Notes: a model not told the origin generated them from the letters alone. DNA of 63,159 nucleotides, filler included, from Stramenopiles sp. TOSAG23-2 (GCA_900128395.1; 13 parts of 13 records of this genome joined end to end with filler, not necessarily neighbours in it); one strand, 5' to 3'; positions 27,118-39,046 are shown, counted from the first letter of the whole stretch. Made by a program: numbers and translations.

Positions 27118-27664
27118 ATGGGACACATATTTATAAAAAAAGTGTGATATATGGAGGAAAAAAATATATTTTGGATCTACATTGGGATCATAATATATAT
27201 ACATTTACGTACTCGTATATGTACGAACATTATTTAAATATGTGTTGAGTGTTTGATTAAAGTATGTGTGTTTTATTTATATAGTAGAGTGCAAAAGTAT
27301 ATTTTTATTTTTTCGTAATAATAATTAGTGTGTTATTATATTACATTAACATCATGGGTTCAAGTCAAAAATACTTTCTCTCAATATTGGTTTAACAGCA
27401 GAACAAATACAGATTTGATTCAACGATTGTTCATTTTCTTTAGATATTTAATTTTTTGTCTATGATATATTATGACGTGTGCATAGGAGGAGGAAAGTGT
27501 AAAATGATGAATAGAAAAATATATATAAAATTGTTCTTTGCTGCTTTTGGAACTCTACAACCACTATTATTTTAAAATATTATTATACATTTATATTATA
27601 CACATACGTCTTTATATATATATATATACATATAGCATATCAAAAGATACAATAATATGGTATC

Positions 27665-27925
27665 TTAAAACGAATCATCTACTACTTGACCTTTTGGATA
27701 TCCTTGTGGAGCTTCTACTGCATACCATACTTTTGGATCGTTCTTTCTACTTTTCAAACTTAATTTTATTTCCGATACTGGTGGTTTTTGGTCTCCCCAC
27801 CAAAAATGGTTTGCTGCTAATTCTCTTAATTCCTCATGGTCCCTTGCTTGCAAACGAAAGACATATCCTTCTTGAAAGCGGACACGGTAATAATCTCCAT
27901 TTGTATCGTTTACGTGTGACGACAT
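27665..27925 (-). CDS. Small hypothetical protein (86 aa)
   Basis: ATG-initiated ORF with balanced globular composition and higher GC than its AT-rich flanks. Confidence 0.5.
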   Translation of the reverse strand: MSSHVNDTNGDYYRVRFQEGYVFRLQARDHEELRELAANHFWWGDQKPPVSEIKLSLKSRKNDPKVWYAVEAPQGYPKGQVVDDSF

Positions 27926-28360
27926 AGTCAGAAAATTTTAAAAGTATATAATTAAATATTTTTATATCTTTCTCTCACACTCTTTATACTTTCATTATTC
28001 TCTTACCATATATACTTTTATTCTTTTTCATTCATTTTTTACTTGGTAGTTATTATTATTTGATTATTATTTTTATAGTGTCATTGTGTCATTGTGTTGT
28101 CATATTCGACAGTTTAAGGTTGTTTTTTAATAAATTTTGAGACTAGCTGAGCACCGGAGTACCTGCTGGGCCTGCTGTGCAACACTGAGAGCACACGGCG
28201 ACAGTGATAGGGAGTAATTGTACTCAATAATTAAAAAATTTAACTTTGCAAAAAAAAAAAACATTTTAAATGTACCTGTAGTGTCACCTTTGTATACCAC
28301 ATCGCAGGAGAACCCGGTCCGCGAGAACCCGCTCCAAATCAACGGGCGCAGTAGAAAGTG

Positions 28361-28588
28361 TGTCGAGTAATTTCGACGAACAATGCGATCTATTGCATAG
28401 TATGTCAAATCCACACCATTTCGTGCAGCAATTATGTATTGGGGTCTAAAGTTGAGGATGTGACTCATCTTTCAACCCTGTCGAGTAATTTCGACGAACA
28501 ATGCGATCTATTGCATAGTATGTCAAATGTGCACCATTTTGTGCAACAATTACATTTTGTGGTCTGAATTGTAGTATGTGACTCATTT
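28361..28588. repeat. Two-copy tandem repeat, 118-bp period, with identical 50-bp hairpin-containing core
   Basis: TGTCGAGTAATTTCGACGAACAATGCGATCTATTGCATAGTATGTCAAAT starts at both 28361 and 28479; the remainders are diverged but both end in ATGTGACTCAT. Confidence 0.9.
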
Positions 28589-29093
28589 TTTTGCTTGTTG
28601 TTAGTTTTTGCAGGGGGGTTTTTGGTCTTGTTTGCACGGATGAATGCAATCGATTTACTGGTTGCGCATAGAGCGTGTTTTTACCTTTTTGTTTGACCCG
28701 GTGTTTTGTTTGCAAATATACATCTTTCTGCATCAGTTTCTTGGCTTTCACATATTCAACAGGACTTCTTTGGCCATGCCAATGCTTTAACATCACTTTA
28801 AAAAACATCCACCCAAAACTCTTTTTTCTGCCCCAATGTACCTGTTTTCCTTCCTGAATGTGCTTTTCCACCCAGTACACCCCCATCTCCCCAACTATTG
28901 AACGAAACGGTACCCCAATCAAATCCACCAGCTCCTTGTATTGTTCCTGGCTAACAGGTACTAGTACATCTTTGGTGTAATGAAGTAGAAGTGAGGGAAA
29001 ATGGCCCACACCGGAGGAAAAGAATGAAGATAGAATCAGGTGAAGTGAGACAATGCTTAGTATCTTCATTTGTAAATACAAAAATGGATACAC
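28446..29093 (-). CDS. Hypothetical ORF of atypical composition, ends inside the tandem repeat
   Basis: 215-aa frame, apparently open to the contig edge, lacking poly-Asn; no recognisable domain. Confidence 0.3.
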   Translation of the reverse strand: MYPFLYLQMKILSIVSLHLILSSFFSSGVGHFPSLLLHYTKDVLVPVSQEQYKELVDLIGVPFRSIVGEMGVYWVEKHIQEGKQVHWGRKKSFGWMFFKVMLKHWHGQRSPVEYVKAKKLMQKDVYLQTKHRVKQKGKNTLYAQPVNRLHSSVQTRPKTPLQKLTTSKKMSHILQFRPQNVIVAQNGAHLTYYAIDRIVRRNYSTGLKDESHPQL

Positions 29094-29310
29094 CAGCTTT
29101 ATTTCACTTACAAAAAAACAGTGTGATCTTGGCCCGAAATGGTGAAAATGTTCACATGACGACCTGTTGGATCTACCTATCAGCGTATTGCAAATTTTAG
29201 CAGATAAAATNNNNNNNNNNNNNNNNNNNNNNNNNNNNNNNNNNNNNNNNNNNNTTAATTAATTAANNNNNNNNNNNNNNNNNNNNNNNNNNNNNNNNNN
29301 NNNNNNNNNN

Positions 29311-30964
29311 TATCAGATCGTTTCATTTCATTTTTTATTCTTATCATTGTATTCTTCTTCTTATTTATATTGATTGTATTATTGACTTTTGTTTTTTTCT
29401 TTTTTTTCATTATTATCATACTACTCGTATTAATATTATTATTATCATCACGAGAAGAAATTGTTGTTGGTGTTGTTCTTGTTGTCATTGTGTTATTATC
29501 ATCCCCACCACCAACAACGCATAAATGATCATCTTTCATTTCAACCATTTTCATATTATAAATATCTTCCAATGCTTTGACGGCATTGATTTCTTCCGTT
29601 GATACAAGTGTTACTGAATAACCAATTGTACCAAATCGTCCAGTTCTACCAACACGATGAACATATGTTTCTGGATCAAATGGTATTTCCATATTGATTA
29701 CTAATGTTACGGATGGGACATCAATACCACGTGCAACTAAATCAGTTGTAATTAATATACGAACATCTTTTTCTTTAAATAATTTTATATTTGCAAAACG
29801 TTCATGTTGCGTTTGATGACTACATAAATATGCCGTCTTCCAACCACGTTGATTTAATGATTTGACTAATGATAATATTTCAGAAATTAAATTACAAAAG
29901 ATAATACATTGATTAAAACTATTTGCAGATATGATCTCAATCATTTTATCACGTTTCAATTGGAGTTTCGAGAAGGAGGAGGAAGAAGAAGAAGAACTGT
30001 TACCACGATGTTGTTTATTGGTTGCATTGTTGTTGTTCTTCTTACTATCATTGTTGTCCTTTGGTGTTAAACAACAATAATATTGTGTTACACCTATTAA
30101 TGCACTAGAATGAAATTGTGATTTTGTAACATTGTTCTTATTATGTTTTGTTATGATCGGCGATGAGGATGTAATTGATTTATTATCATTGTTGTGATCT
30201 TTATTATCTTCAATCTTATCGTTGTTAATTTTTATAAATTGAGGATGAAGCATAATATTACCTAAACGTTTTACAACATTTGCAGTAAATGTTGCTGATA
30301 AAACTAATGTTTGTCGTTGTGTTGGTAAATACGTTGTAATATTGTATATATCTTTATAAAATTCACCATTCATTAATTTATCTGCTTCATCAAGTATAAA
30401 CAATTGAATATCATTTAATCGCAAAGCACCAGATACTATTAAATGTTTAGTACGTCCAGGTGTCCCAATAACAATTTGAACTATATGTTTCTCATCATTA
30501 AGTGCATCAACGTCTTGTTTTACATGAATACCACCAACACAGGTTCTTGTATTTAAATCATGTATATTTGAACCAATACTTTCAACAACTTCACTTGCTT
30601 GCCATGCAATTTCTCGTGTTGGTGCTATAATTAATACCAATGGTCCATCCATATTATTATTATTATTATTCACATTATTATTTACATTATTCTTCACATT
30701 TTGTTCATTTAAATATGACATTACTAAATCAACTGCTGTAACAGCAAATACACATGTTTTTCCAGTTCCCGATTTAGCTTGTATAATTAAATCAGATCCC
30801 ATCCTTGCCGTTGGAATTGCTAATAATTGTATCGGTGATGGTCGATGAAATCCTAATTCTTCTAATGCATTTTGAATTTTATTTGGTATGGCTAAATCTT
30901 GAAATGTAGCATTTTTTGTTTTTTCACTAATTACATCCTTTGTATGTGTTGTCATTTTTTCCAT
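29311..30964 (-). CDS. DDX20: DEAD-box RNA helicase, DDX20/Gemin3-like (3' partial)
   Basis: PSPIQLLAIP, DLIIQAKSGTGKTCVF (DDX20-type), PTREIA, GTPGR, LDEADKL, SAT, FNQCIIF, ARGID, HRVGRTGRFG. Confidence 0.85.
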
Positions 30965-31440
30965 GTTTATACACACCCTTTTTTACCGTTTCTTTTTCTT
31001 TTACATTAAACTTAATTATCAATTGAATATTTTTTATATAATCTTTATGAAATGATATTCATTTTCCATTATTGGATACGCAATCCAAAATCCACACTAA
31101 CACACTTAATACAATTGTAAAAGTCCATTTTTCTTTCTACGAGAAATTCTATGTTTTGATCTTGTATGTTTTCGTATTCTAATTTCCCATTCAAGTATAA
31201 ATTATACCTAGGTAGTCATTTGAGAAAATACACCCACAGACTTTTTCAGTTATAAAACAACTATTACTTTTGTATACTACATATTATACAAAAGGAAAAC
31301 TTTATATACAGGCATTGTGTTCTTCTTCATCAAATACACATAATCTACCAACACCGTACATGTGTGTGTATATAAGCGTTTAATGATATAAAGACAACTC
31401 ACGCAGACACGACAGATTTCAATATTGTACATAATATATC

Positions 31441-32100
31441 ATGGCAGAACGGAGTGAGGAAGTTCAATTGCGAATTAAAAAAGATAGAAACTTAGCATTT
31501 TTACACGAAATATATAGTAGTAACGAACATGAAGCATTTCGGTTGTTGGAAACAGATGAATTGATTGAAATTGATTTCACAACTAGTGATGGTGAAACTG
31601 GTTTACATTTGGCATGCAGAAACCAATTATTACGCTTAACAAAGGAATTAATATTACGAGGATGGAATTATGGATTTCATTGTAGATATAGAAATACTCG
31701 ACCATATTCTGAATTATTGCCTTTTGATGAAGAAAGTAATGTTGTACAACATATAAGAAAAGAACAGGAATTATTATATATTACTAATAATAATCTTAAT
31801 GTTGGAAAGAAAAATAATATATATAGCAGCCCAAAGACAAATGATTATAAAAAATCGTCTTCCCCAACTATGAAAAATAATGAAACATACTATGAAACAA
31901 AAATTAATAAGAAGAAGAATACAATGATAAGAATAAAAAATGAAATGAAACGATCTGATAAAGTGGTAATTCAATCCAAGGACGTAGAGAAGAAGAAGGT
32001 GGTAGTATCATCCATTCAACAACTAGAAGCAGAAGCAGAAGCTGAAGCAGTTGTCAATGGATTATCTTTATACGATCAATGGGTTCATGAGTATTTGTAA
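31441..32100 (+). CDS. Ankyrin-repeat-containing protein; 3' part possibly chimeric with the DDX20 tail
   Basis: DGETGLHLACRNQLLRLTKELILRG ankyrin motif; 31906-31960 is the exact reverse complement of 29311-29365. Confidence 0.6.
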   Translation: MAERSEEVQLRIKKDRNLAFLHEIYSSNEHEAFRLLETDELIEIDFTTSDGETGLHLACRNQLLRLTKELILRGWNYGFHCRYRNTRPYSELLPFDEESNVVQHIRKEQELLYITNNNLNVGKKNNIYSSPKTNDYKKSSSPTMKNNETYYETKINKKKNTMIRIKNEMKRSDKVVIQSKDVEKKKVVVSSIQQLEAEAEAEAVVNGLSLYDQWVHEYL

Positions 32101-32398
32101 AAAATATATAAAATTTTAAATTAAAAAATAACACTATACACTATTGAAAAAACTGGAATAATAAAAATATAAAAAATGAATAAATGTGTAATTAGGTGTA
32201 TGTATACGTGTATGAGAGAGACAGGAGATAAGAAATCAATTCATAACAATATATATTATATATAACATTTTTTATCACAAACATATTGTAAGAGAAACCA
32301 CATATATCTTAGATCATAATTAGTATTATTTATATTAATATACGTATAGTTGCAGATTGATTTTTACATATTATACATCATTATAACTAATATATAAA

Positions 32399-34085
32399 AT
32401 GTCAAGTTTAGCAACGGATGGAATAAATAAATTAAATAAAGCAAATGATATTTACATTGCTGCAACAGAGGCAACGAAAATATTAACTGATGTAGCAGAA
32501 CAATTTCCTGTTATTGGTGCAGTGGCTAAATTGTTGAAAAATATATATGAACGTGCAGAAAAAGCAAAGAAAAGTAAAGAAACATGTCAACGAGCTGCAA
32601 AACGTTGCCGTGCACTTGAAATTATAATAGCACAATGTGCACAAGAATATCGACGTCAAGGAAAAACAACTAAAGAACAAGGTGTTGGATTAAATTTATT
32701 AAAAGATGCATTATCGGAAATGAGTAGACTAGTTTCAAAATATGCTACACGTGGTTCGGTTAGTCGTTTTTTCCAAGGTAATAACTTTAACGAAGAATAC
32801 AATGATATCAATACACGAATAGATAATGCATTACAAATTGTACAAGTTAGTAGGATGAATGAAATGCATGCAAAATTTGATCTTTTAGGAGGAATCCATA
32901 AAGGTAAAGACAGAATGAAAAGGGCTCTTGATGAAAATGAAATTGATCCAAATAATATTACAATTAATCGTGACGATTTACTTGGTGGTGGGGCATTTGC
33001 CAATGTATATAAAGCATCATATGAAGGAAATACTTGTGCTGCCAAAGTATTTTTACTTGGTGGATTGACACCTCCTGAAACAATAAAAATGTATAAATCA
33101 TTTCAAAAAGAATTTGCATTAATGTGTAGTACAAATACATGTCAACGTGTGATACATGTGTTTGGTGTTGTTTTACAAATTCCTGGTAAATTAATAATAA
33201 TGATGGAATATGCTGCAAATGGTAGCTTGCGTATCTTTTTAAATGAACATCAAAATAATCAAAGCAATGTTCTTGATAAAGTATTTGTTCATAATATTAT
33301 ATATGATATAGCATATGGTATGAAAGAATTATATAAAAAAGGAATTCAACATCGTGATTTAAAAGCAGCAAATGTATTATTAAATCATAATATGATAGCA
33401 AAAGTATGTGATTTTGGTTTATCCAAAGCAGATGCATTGAAAACAAGTTCATCCAAAAATAATCGTGTTGTTGGGACATTGTCATGGCAATCACCTGAAG
33501 AATTGGATGATGAAGATGACTTAAATGATGAAAAATGTGATGTGTATTCATTTGGTATTACCATTTTTGAAATCATTACATGTAAATTACCATGGCAAAA
33601 TATTAAACCATCTAAAATTATGATAAAAGTGTTGCAAGGCAAACGACCAGAATATGATAAAACAATATCGTCACAGAAATATGGTGTGTTATGTATAAAT
33701 ACCATGGAACAATGTTGGGCAAAAAATCCATTAGATCGACCAACATTTGCTGTTCTTCTAGATAATATAAAAACATTTCGTCGTTCAAACAGTAATAATA
33801 ACTCTCATGTACATCAAAAATCAGAAGATGAAGCTCGAAAGAGAAGGGATAAAGAAAAAATAATAACACGTAAAAAGGAAGTGGAAGAAGAGGAAGATAA
33901 TAATAATAATAATGATGATGTGAAACTTCCTGTAGTAGTAGTGAATAATAGAAACGAAGTGAATCTTGAATTGTTAGAGAAATATAGGAAATTATTTGAT
34001 GGGAAGACGAAAGTGAATTTGAAGGGAAAGAATCTCACGGATGAGGATGCATTAGCTATTGGTGAATTGTTAAAAACAAACAATT
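32399..34085 (+). CDS. MLKL-type N-terminal helical domain + TKL kinase + start of LRR region (3' partial)
   Basis: N-terminus PVIGAVAKLLKNIYERAEKAKKSKETCQRAAKRC..L...LKDALSEM..LV.KY....V.RFF.......YNDINTRIDNALQ; kinase LGGGAFANV, AAK, HRDLKAANVLL, DFG, DVYSFG, CW...P..RPTF; then KVNLKGKNLTDEDALAIGELLKTN (RI-like LRR). Confidence 0.85.
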
Positions 34086-34290
34086 NNNNNNNNNNNNNNN
34101 NNNNNNNNNNNNNNNNNNNNNNNNNNNNNTTAATTAATTAANNNNNNNNNNNNNNNNNNNNNNNNNNNNNNNNNNNNNNNNNNNNAAATATTTTATAAAA
34201 AAATTAAAATAAATATTGACATATTTTATAAATAATATTTAAAAAAAAAAAGAACACATATATTTAAAACTCCTATCTTTCTCTCTACTC

Positions 34291-35304
34291 TTACTTCTGG
34301 GCTTCTTCCTCATCAAAATGTTTATCAAAAAATTTCACAATACGTTTTAAATATGTCACTTCATCATTGAAATAGGATCCTATATGTTCTATATTTGGTA
34401 CAATGATTAATTCTTTATCTTCTTTCTTTACATTGATTGTCTTATTGTATATATCGATGCCACAATGACAAGGTACTACACTATCTTTCTCTGAATGTAA
34501 AATTAATAATGGACATTTTATTCGTTCTAAATTATTTGATCCAGTCTTTTCATTCATTGTTGCAGGGCCAACTTCATTTATATCATAACCATATAACAAT
34601 TTATTCATAAAACAAATGACAGACATGGAAAAATCACGTAGACGTGTATTGTTACGATATAAAAATGGTAATTCCAATGTTATTCTATGTTCCAGTACAT
34701 CATACAAAGTAGTAAAAGCACAGTCAGTTGCACATGCTACTATATCATTATTCTCTTCAACCATTTTCAAAGACATCGCACCACCCATAGATGCACCCAG
34801 TATACCAATTTTTGCATCTTCCCGTGGTTTATTCTTTCTTAACCATTTTAACGCCGCCCTTGCATCACTTGATTCCAAATGTCCAATAGTTTGTTGTGTT
34901 GGAAAATTAGCGTGACTTCTAAAATTAAACAATAAAACGGAATATCCCATATCAAAAAGTCCTCGACAAATACCTAACATAGTTGATTTATCATGATTAT
35001 ATGGACAGCAGCACATAATAAGTCGCTTGGATGGCTCCCCTCTCGTAGATTGGGGCACAAACCACCCATTTAAACGTATATTATCATCAGTAGTAAAGGT
35101 TAACTTTCGATATGGCATACGCAATGCTTCTGGCGTCATAGTAAATGAATCACTCCAATATCGTGGTCTTTGAAAATTAATTAATTTAGTTACATATGTA
35201 AAGGTTCCAAATGTTCCCACTACACCTACCGTTGCACAGCCAATGGAAACATTTCTTAGGATCTTTCTATATTTAAATTGTTTTAAAAATGTAAAATATG
35301 CCAT
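34291..35304 (-). CDS. Membrane-anchored alpha/beta hydrolase (ABHD13/YqkD-like)
   Basis: N-terminal TM; T.DNIRLNGWF, GYSVLLFNFR, nucleophile elbow GASMGG, PLLILHSEKDSVVP, catalytic His in NIEH. Confidence 0.88.
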   Translation of the reverse strand: MAYFTFLKQFKYRKILRNVSIGCATVGVVGTFGTFTYVTKLINFQRPRYWSDSFTMTPEALRMPYRKLTFTTDDNIRLNGWFVPQSTRGEPSKRLIMCCCPYNHDKSTMLGICRGLFDMGYSVLLFNFRSHANFPTQQTIGHLESSDARAALKWLRKNKPREDAKIGILGASMGGAMSLKMVEENNDIVACATDCAFTTLYDVLEHRITLELPFLYRNNTRLRDFSMSVICFMNKLLYGYDINEVGPATMNEKTGSNNLERIKCPLLILHSEKDSVVPCHCGIDIYNKTINVKKEDKELIIVPNIEHIGSYFNDEVTYLKRIVKFFDKHFDEEEAQK

Positions 35305-35653
35305 TATATATAGAGTTGGTTCTTTTTAGTGAAAGTAAAATCTTTTTTGTTCTGTGTTGATGGTTCCTATTACGCGTAATACATGTGTTGTTATTGTTCA
35401 CTTATGTTTTTCAATTCAATTTTGATTGATAATAATAAATCTAAATCTCAAAAAAAAATTTAAATTACCACTTTTGTATACTAACAAGTATAAATAAGTA
35501 TATAATAATCCATTTATTAAAAAAACCTATTTTCCTTAATTTGGACAAAGAAGTTAATAAAATGCGAAAGCAAAAATAATGTTGTTCATAAATTTAAGAA
35601 AAAAAACACACACACTTTCTCCACACTACTAGAGTGCACTAATACACGCATTA

Positions 35654-38233
35654 CTACTTCTCGATACTATTTAATAATTCCCAATCAATGGTCTGTTTAT
35701 GTTGATCTTTTAACTCATCTTCAGTTAATTTTACGAAATCATCTTCCAGCAAATGCCCTGCACTCCATCGTGAAGATTGATTGCGCCGAAAGCAATGTTG
35801 TAAAAATGTAGCACCCATTTCTCCTAAACTTTCTGGTATTTCAGGTGTTGCATCCGTACTAGCAACTTTATGCATGATTGAATAAATATTGTTACTATTT
35901 GGCCATGGATGTCTCGCCGTAGCCATCTCAATAATAGTACAACCAAAACTCCAAATATCAGATTTGCGACCAACATGTTCTTTTGCATGATTAATTGCTT
36001 CTGGTGCCATCCATGGTATGGTACCAAGCAATTCATTATTCGAGTTTTGAGATATTGAATTTACTGATACAAATATTTGTGAACATCCAAAATCAGCTAG
36101 TTTCACTACACCATTTTCGTTGATCAATATATTAGCACATTTAATATCGCGATGGATAATACCACCTTTTTCTACATCACCCAAAGTGGTCTCAAGAAGT
36201 GTATGTCTATCCATATCGAATTTGAAATTATGTAAATATTGCAATCCATGTAAAATTTGTCTCGCATATATTCGTATACGCCGTGTATTTATAGGACCCC
36301 ATTCACGATACATGTTTTGCAAGGAACCTCCAGAGACATATTCCATCAAGATATACATTTGTGGTCTATTATTTACCAATAATATATCAGTGCCTAAATA
36401 TTTTACAATATTTTGATGTGATAATTTTTTCATAATTTTAATTTCTTTCCGTATCATTGCAATTTTTGAATTTGATTTCGACGTAAGTTTTTCGCGTTGT
36501 TTATTTCTATTTATACCAATACCACCAGGGCTGTTGGTATCATTATCTTTCGGGGAAATGACTGTTGTTAAATCTAATTTTCTCATATCCAATTCTTTGA
36601 CTGCAATCATGATCCCTGTGTCCCGGTTCATTGCCTGATAAACACTTGCATTTCCACCTCGACCAATTTGCACACCTTTTTGCCATGAAATATTTCCATC
36701 AGATGGATCAATATCCATACTTTCTAACCAAATACGACATGCTTGGGTTGTAATGTGTCTCTTATCTACTGGTGTTAATGGTGGTTTGACATGTGTTTCG
36801 TAATCATTAATATCGTCTGGCATTAGTAAGGCACTAGGTCGGTTTGGTTTTGGTTTTTTTTTTCCGCCACCTTCCATTACATTTGGTGATAATGGGTCTG
36901 AATTATTATTATTAGGAATATAATCGGCGATATTATTGAAATAATCGTCACCATCTGACATATAATTGTCATTGTTGCTATTAATATTATTATCAACTAT
37001 TAAATTTGCATCCGAGTGTATACTAATTGGGCTTATATTATTATTATTGGAACTATTAGAAGTCCCTGGATTTCGTTGTAGAGTAAGTGGTTGCAAATTT
37101 GAAAATGGGTTGTTGTTATTACCATAACGTGGTATAGGTTTTTCTGTTGGCCTTTTACTACTACTATTATTATTAGGGTTCTTTGTTTTTGGTTTAAGCC
37201 TGACTGAAGATGAGGATGAACTACTTCCATTGCTGTTATTACCATTTATAATCGCATTGACTTTTTCTTCCTTTGCATTAAATGCATTTACATCAAAATC
37301 TGGATTATTTATTTTAGTTGTAGTAGTACTTGTAGTTGGTGATGGTGTTTGCTTCCTATTGATCTGGCGTGCTTTATGTATAACATTTCGTGTTAATTTT
37401 TGATTTTTTTGCTCTGCAACATCAATTTGTTTTAAATTTTCTGATGATGAACGATTTAAAAGAGTAAGTTGTTTCTCTTCTTCATTGATCTTATTATTTA
37501 TTGAAATTGTTTCGCGAAGTAATTCCGAACGTTCATTTTCCATTTCCATTTTATTTTGTTTCTTTTCATTTAAGTTTGCTTGTTGACGTTCTATCATACG
37601 TTGATTGCCTTGTTTTGATTTTCTTAAATCTTGTATAACGCCATCCAAACTAGCAGCTTGAGCACGTTGATTTTTAACCTCTTCTCTCATTTGTTCCAAC
37701 CTTTTTCTCATTTCACTGTTTTTTCCACCAACATCCAACATTTTTTTTTGTGTTACATACATTTCATTATTCATCAAATTAACTCTTTTTTGTGCTGTGT
37801 TACGATTATTTTGCATTTTGATTAAAGTAGCTTCACGCTCTGCTAACATTTGTTCTAATTTCAATTTTCTTGCTTCATATTCTTTTTTCTCTGTTTGAAA
37901 TTTTTCCAACATTTCCCTCTTTTTTGCAACTATCGTTGCCGTATGAAGAATTTCCTCTTCGATCGAATCCCTGCGCGGTGGTGCTAATTTTTTTTTGTTT
38001 CCCGTGTTGTTGTTATTATTATTACTGTTACTGTCAATAACGTAATTATTATTCTTTTTTTTCGGTTTTCTTCGTGAGTTTGAATATTTTTTTTTTCTCA
38101 ATTCACTATTATCCGCTTTTTTTATATCTCTTTTCCTTACTTCTTTATTACGAGCTATTATTTTTTTAATATTACGATTGTGTGAATTGGGAGACAATCG
38201 TAATTTTGGTGTAGACATTTTACTAAACGACAT
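35654..38233 (-). CDS. STE11/MEKK-like MAP kinase kinase kinase with N-terminal coiled coil
   Basis: WQKGVQIGRGGNASVY, IAVKE, LSHQNIVKYLG, MEYVSGGSL, HRDIKCANIL, KLADFGCS, GTIPWMAPE, KSDIWSFGCTIIEMAT..HPW. Confidence 0.93.
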   Translation of the reverse strand: MSFSKMSTPKLRLSPNSHNRNIKKIIARNKEVRKRDIKKADNSELRKKKYSNSRRKPKKKNNNYVIDSNSNNNNNNTGNKKKLAPPRRDSIEEEILHTATIVAKKREMLEKFQTEKKEYEARKLKLEQMLAEREATLIKMQNNRNTAQKRVNLMNNEMYVTQKKMLDVGGKNSEMRKRLEQMREEVKNQRAQAASLDGVIQDLRKSKQGNQRMIERQQANLNEKKQNKMEMENERSELLRETISINNKINEEEKQLTLLNRSSSENLKQIDVAEQKNQKLTRNVIHKARQINRKQTPSPTTSTTTTKINNPDFDVNAFNAKEEKVNAIINGNNSNGSSSSSSSVRLKPKTKNPNNNSSSKRPTEKPIPRYGNNNNPFSNLQPLTLQRNPGTSNSSNNNNISPISIHSDANLIVDNNINSNNDNYMSDGDDYFNNIADYIPNNNNSDPLSPNVMEGGGKKKPKPNRPSALLMPDDINDYETHVKPPLTPVDKRHITTQACRIWLESMDIDPSDGNISWQKGVQIGRGGNASVYQAMNRDTGIMIAVKELDMRKLDLTTVISPKDNDTNSPGGIGINRNKQREKLTSKSNSKIAMIRKEIKIMKKLSHQNIVKYLGTDILLVNNRPQMYILMEYVSGGSLQNMYREWGPINTRRIRIYARQILHGLQYLHNFKFDMDRHTLLETTLGDVEKGGIIHRDIKCANILINENGVVKLADFGCSQIFVSVNSISQNSNNELLGTIPWMAPEAINHAKEHVGRKSDIWSFGCTIIEMATARHPWPNSNNIYSIMHKVASTDATPEIPESLGEMGATFLQHCFRRNQSSRWSAGHLLEDDFVKLTEDELKDQHKQTIDWELLNSIEK

Positions 38234-39046
38234 ATTTATTATATATGTAAAATTTTCTTTTATATATATATATATTTATTTATTTAATTTTGGCAATATT
38301 ACAGCAATAATTTAAATTAACAGACACTAAAAAAAAAATAAAAATAAAACAATAATATTCTTGTTATTATATCTCCAATTACACATAAATTTGTGGAGGA
38401 TAAGAATCAAAGGACAACAAATATATAATAAATAAAACGAAGAATTGCATATAATAATACATTGTACAACAAGTATATAGATAGATAGATATAGATATAC
38501 CAATCATCTTCTATATTATTTGTTATATACGGTAAATTTAATAAAAGTAGTAGTATTTCTCTTCTTCCACGGTGGTAGTCCATCAGTACCACACCAGGTG
38601 GTATTACAACATACAATTAGCATTGCACAAATAGTCATAATTTTTTGCCATTTTTGGGCTTCTTTTTCATCAGCAAAATGCAAAATGCTATTTTAGGAGG
38701 TTTTTAACAGGTACACAGTACATGCTAGCTAGTATAGTGATACCACTACCCTCTTCGAGAGTACCGAAAGAATATGGGTTGGATATCTGGATATCGATCT
38801 TCTTATACTGTATGGATTCTCTATATTATGTGCCTCCTATATCCTCCATTCTGGGATATTCTTCGGAAGGAAAGTTGTTCCTTTAGTGGGGGCATGCCCA
38901 GTCTGTCCATTAATAACTGACGGAAAATTTAGCACTACATAGCACCNNNNNNNNNNNNNNNNNNNNNNNNNNNNNNNNNNNNNNNNNNNNTTAATTAATT
39001 AANNNNNNNNNNNNNNNNNNNNNNNNNNNNNNNNNNNNNNNNNNNN

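Noticed and set aside
28361-28588. CRISPR-like repeat-spacer pattern
   Set aside because: Only two units, the 'spacers' are homologous to each other, there are no cas genes, and the context is eukaryotic.
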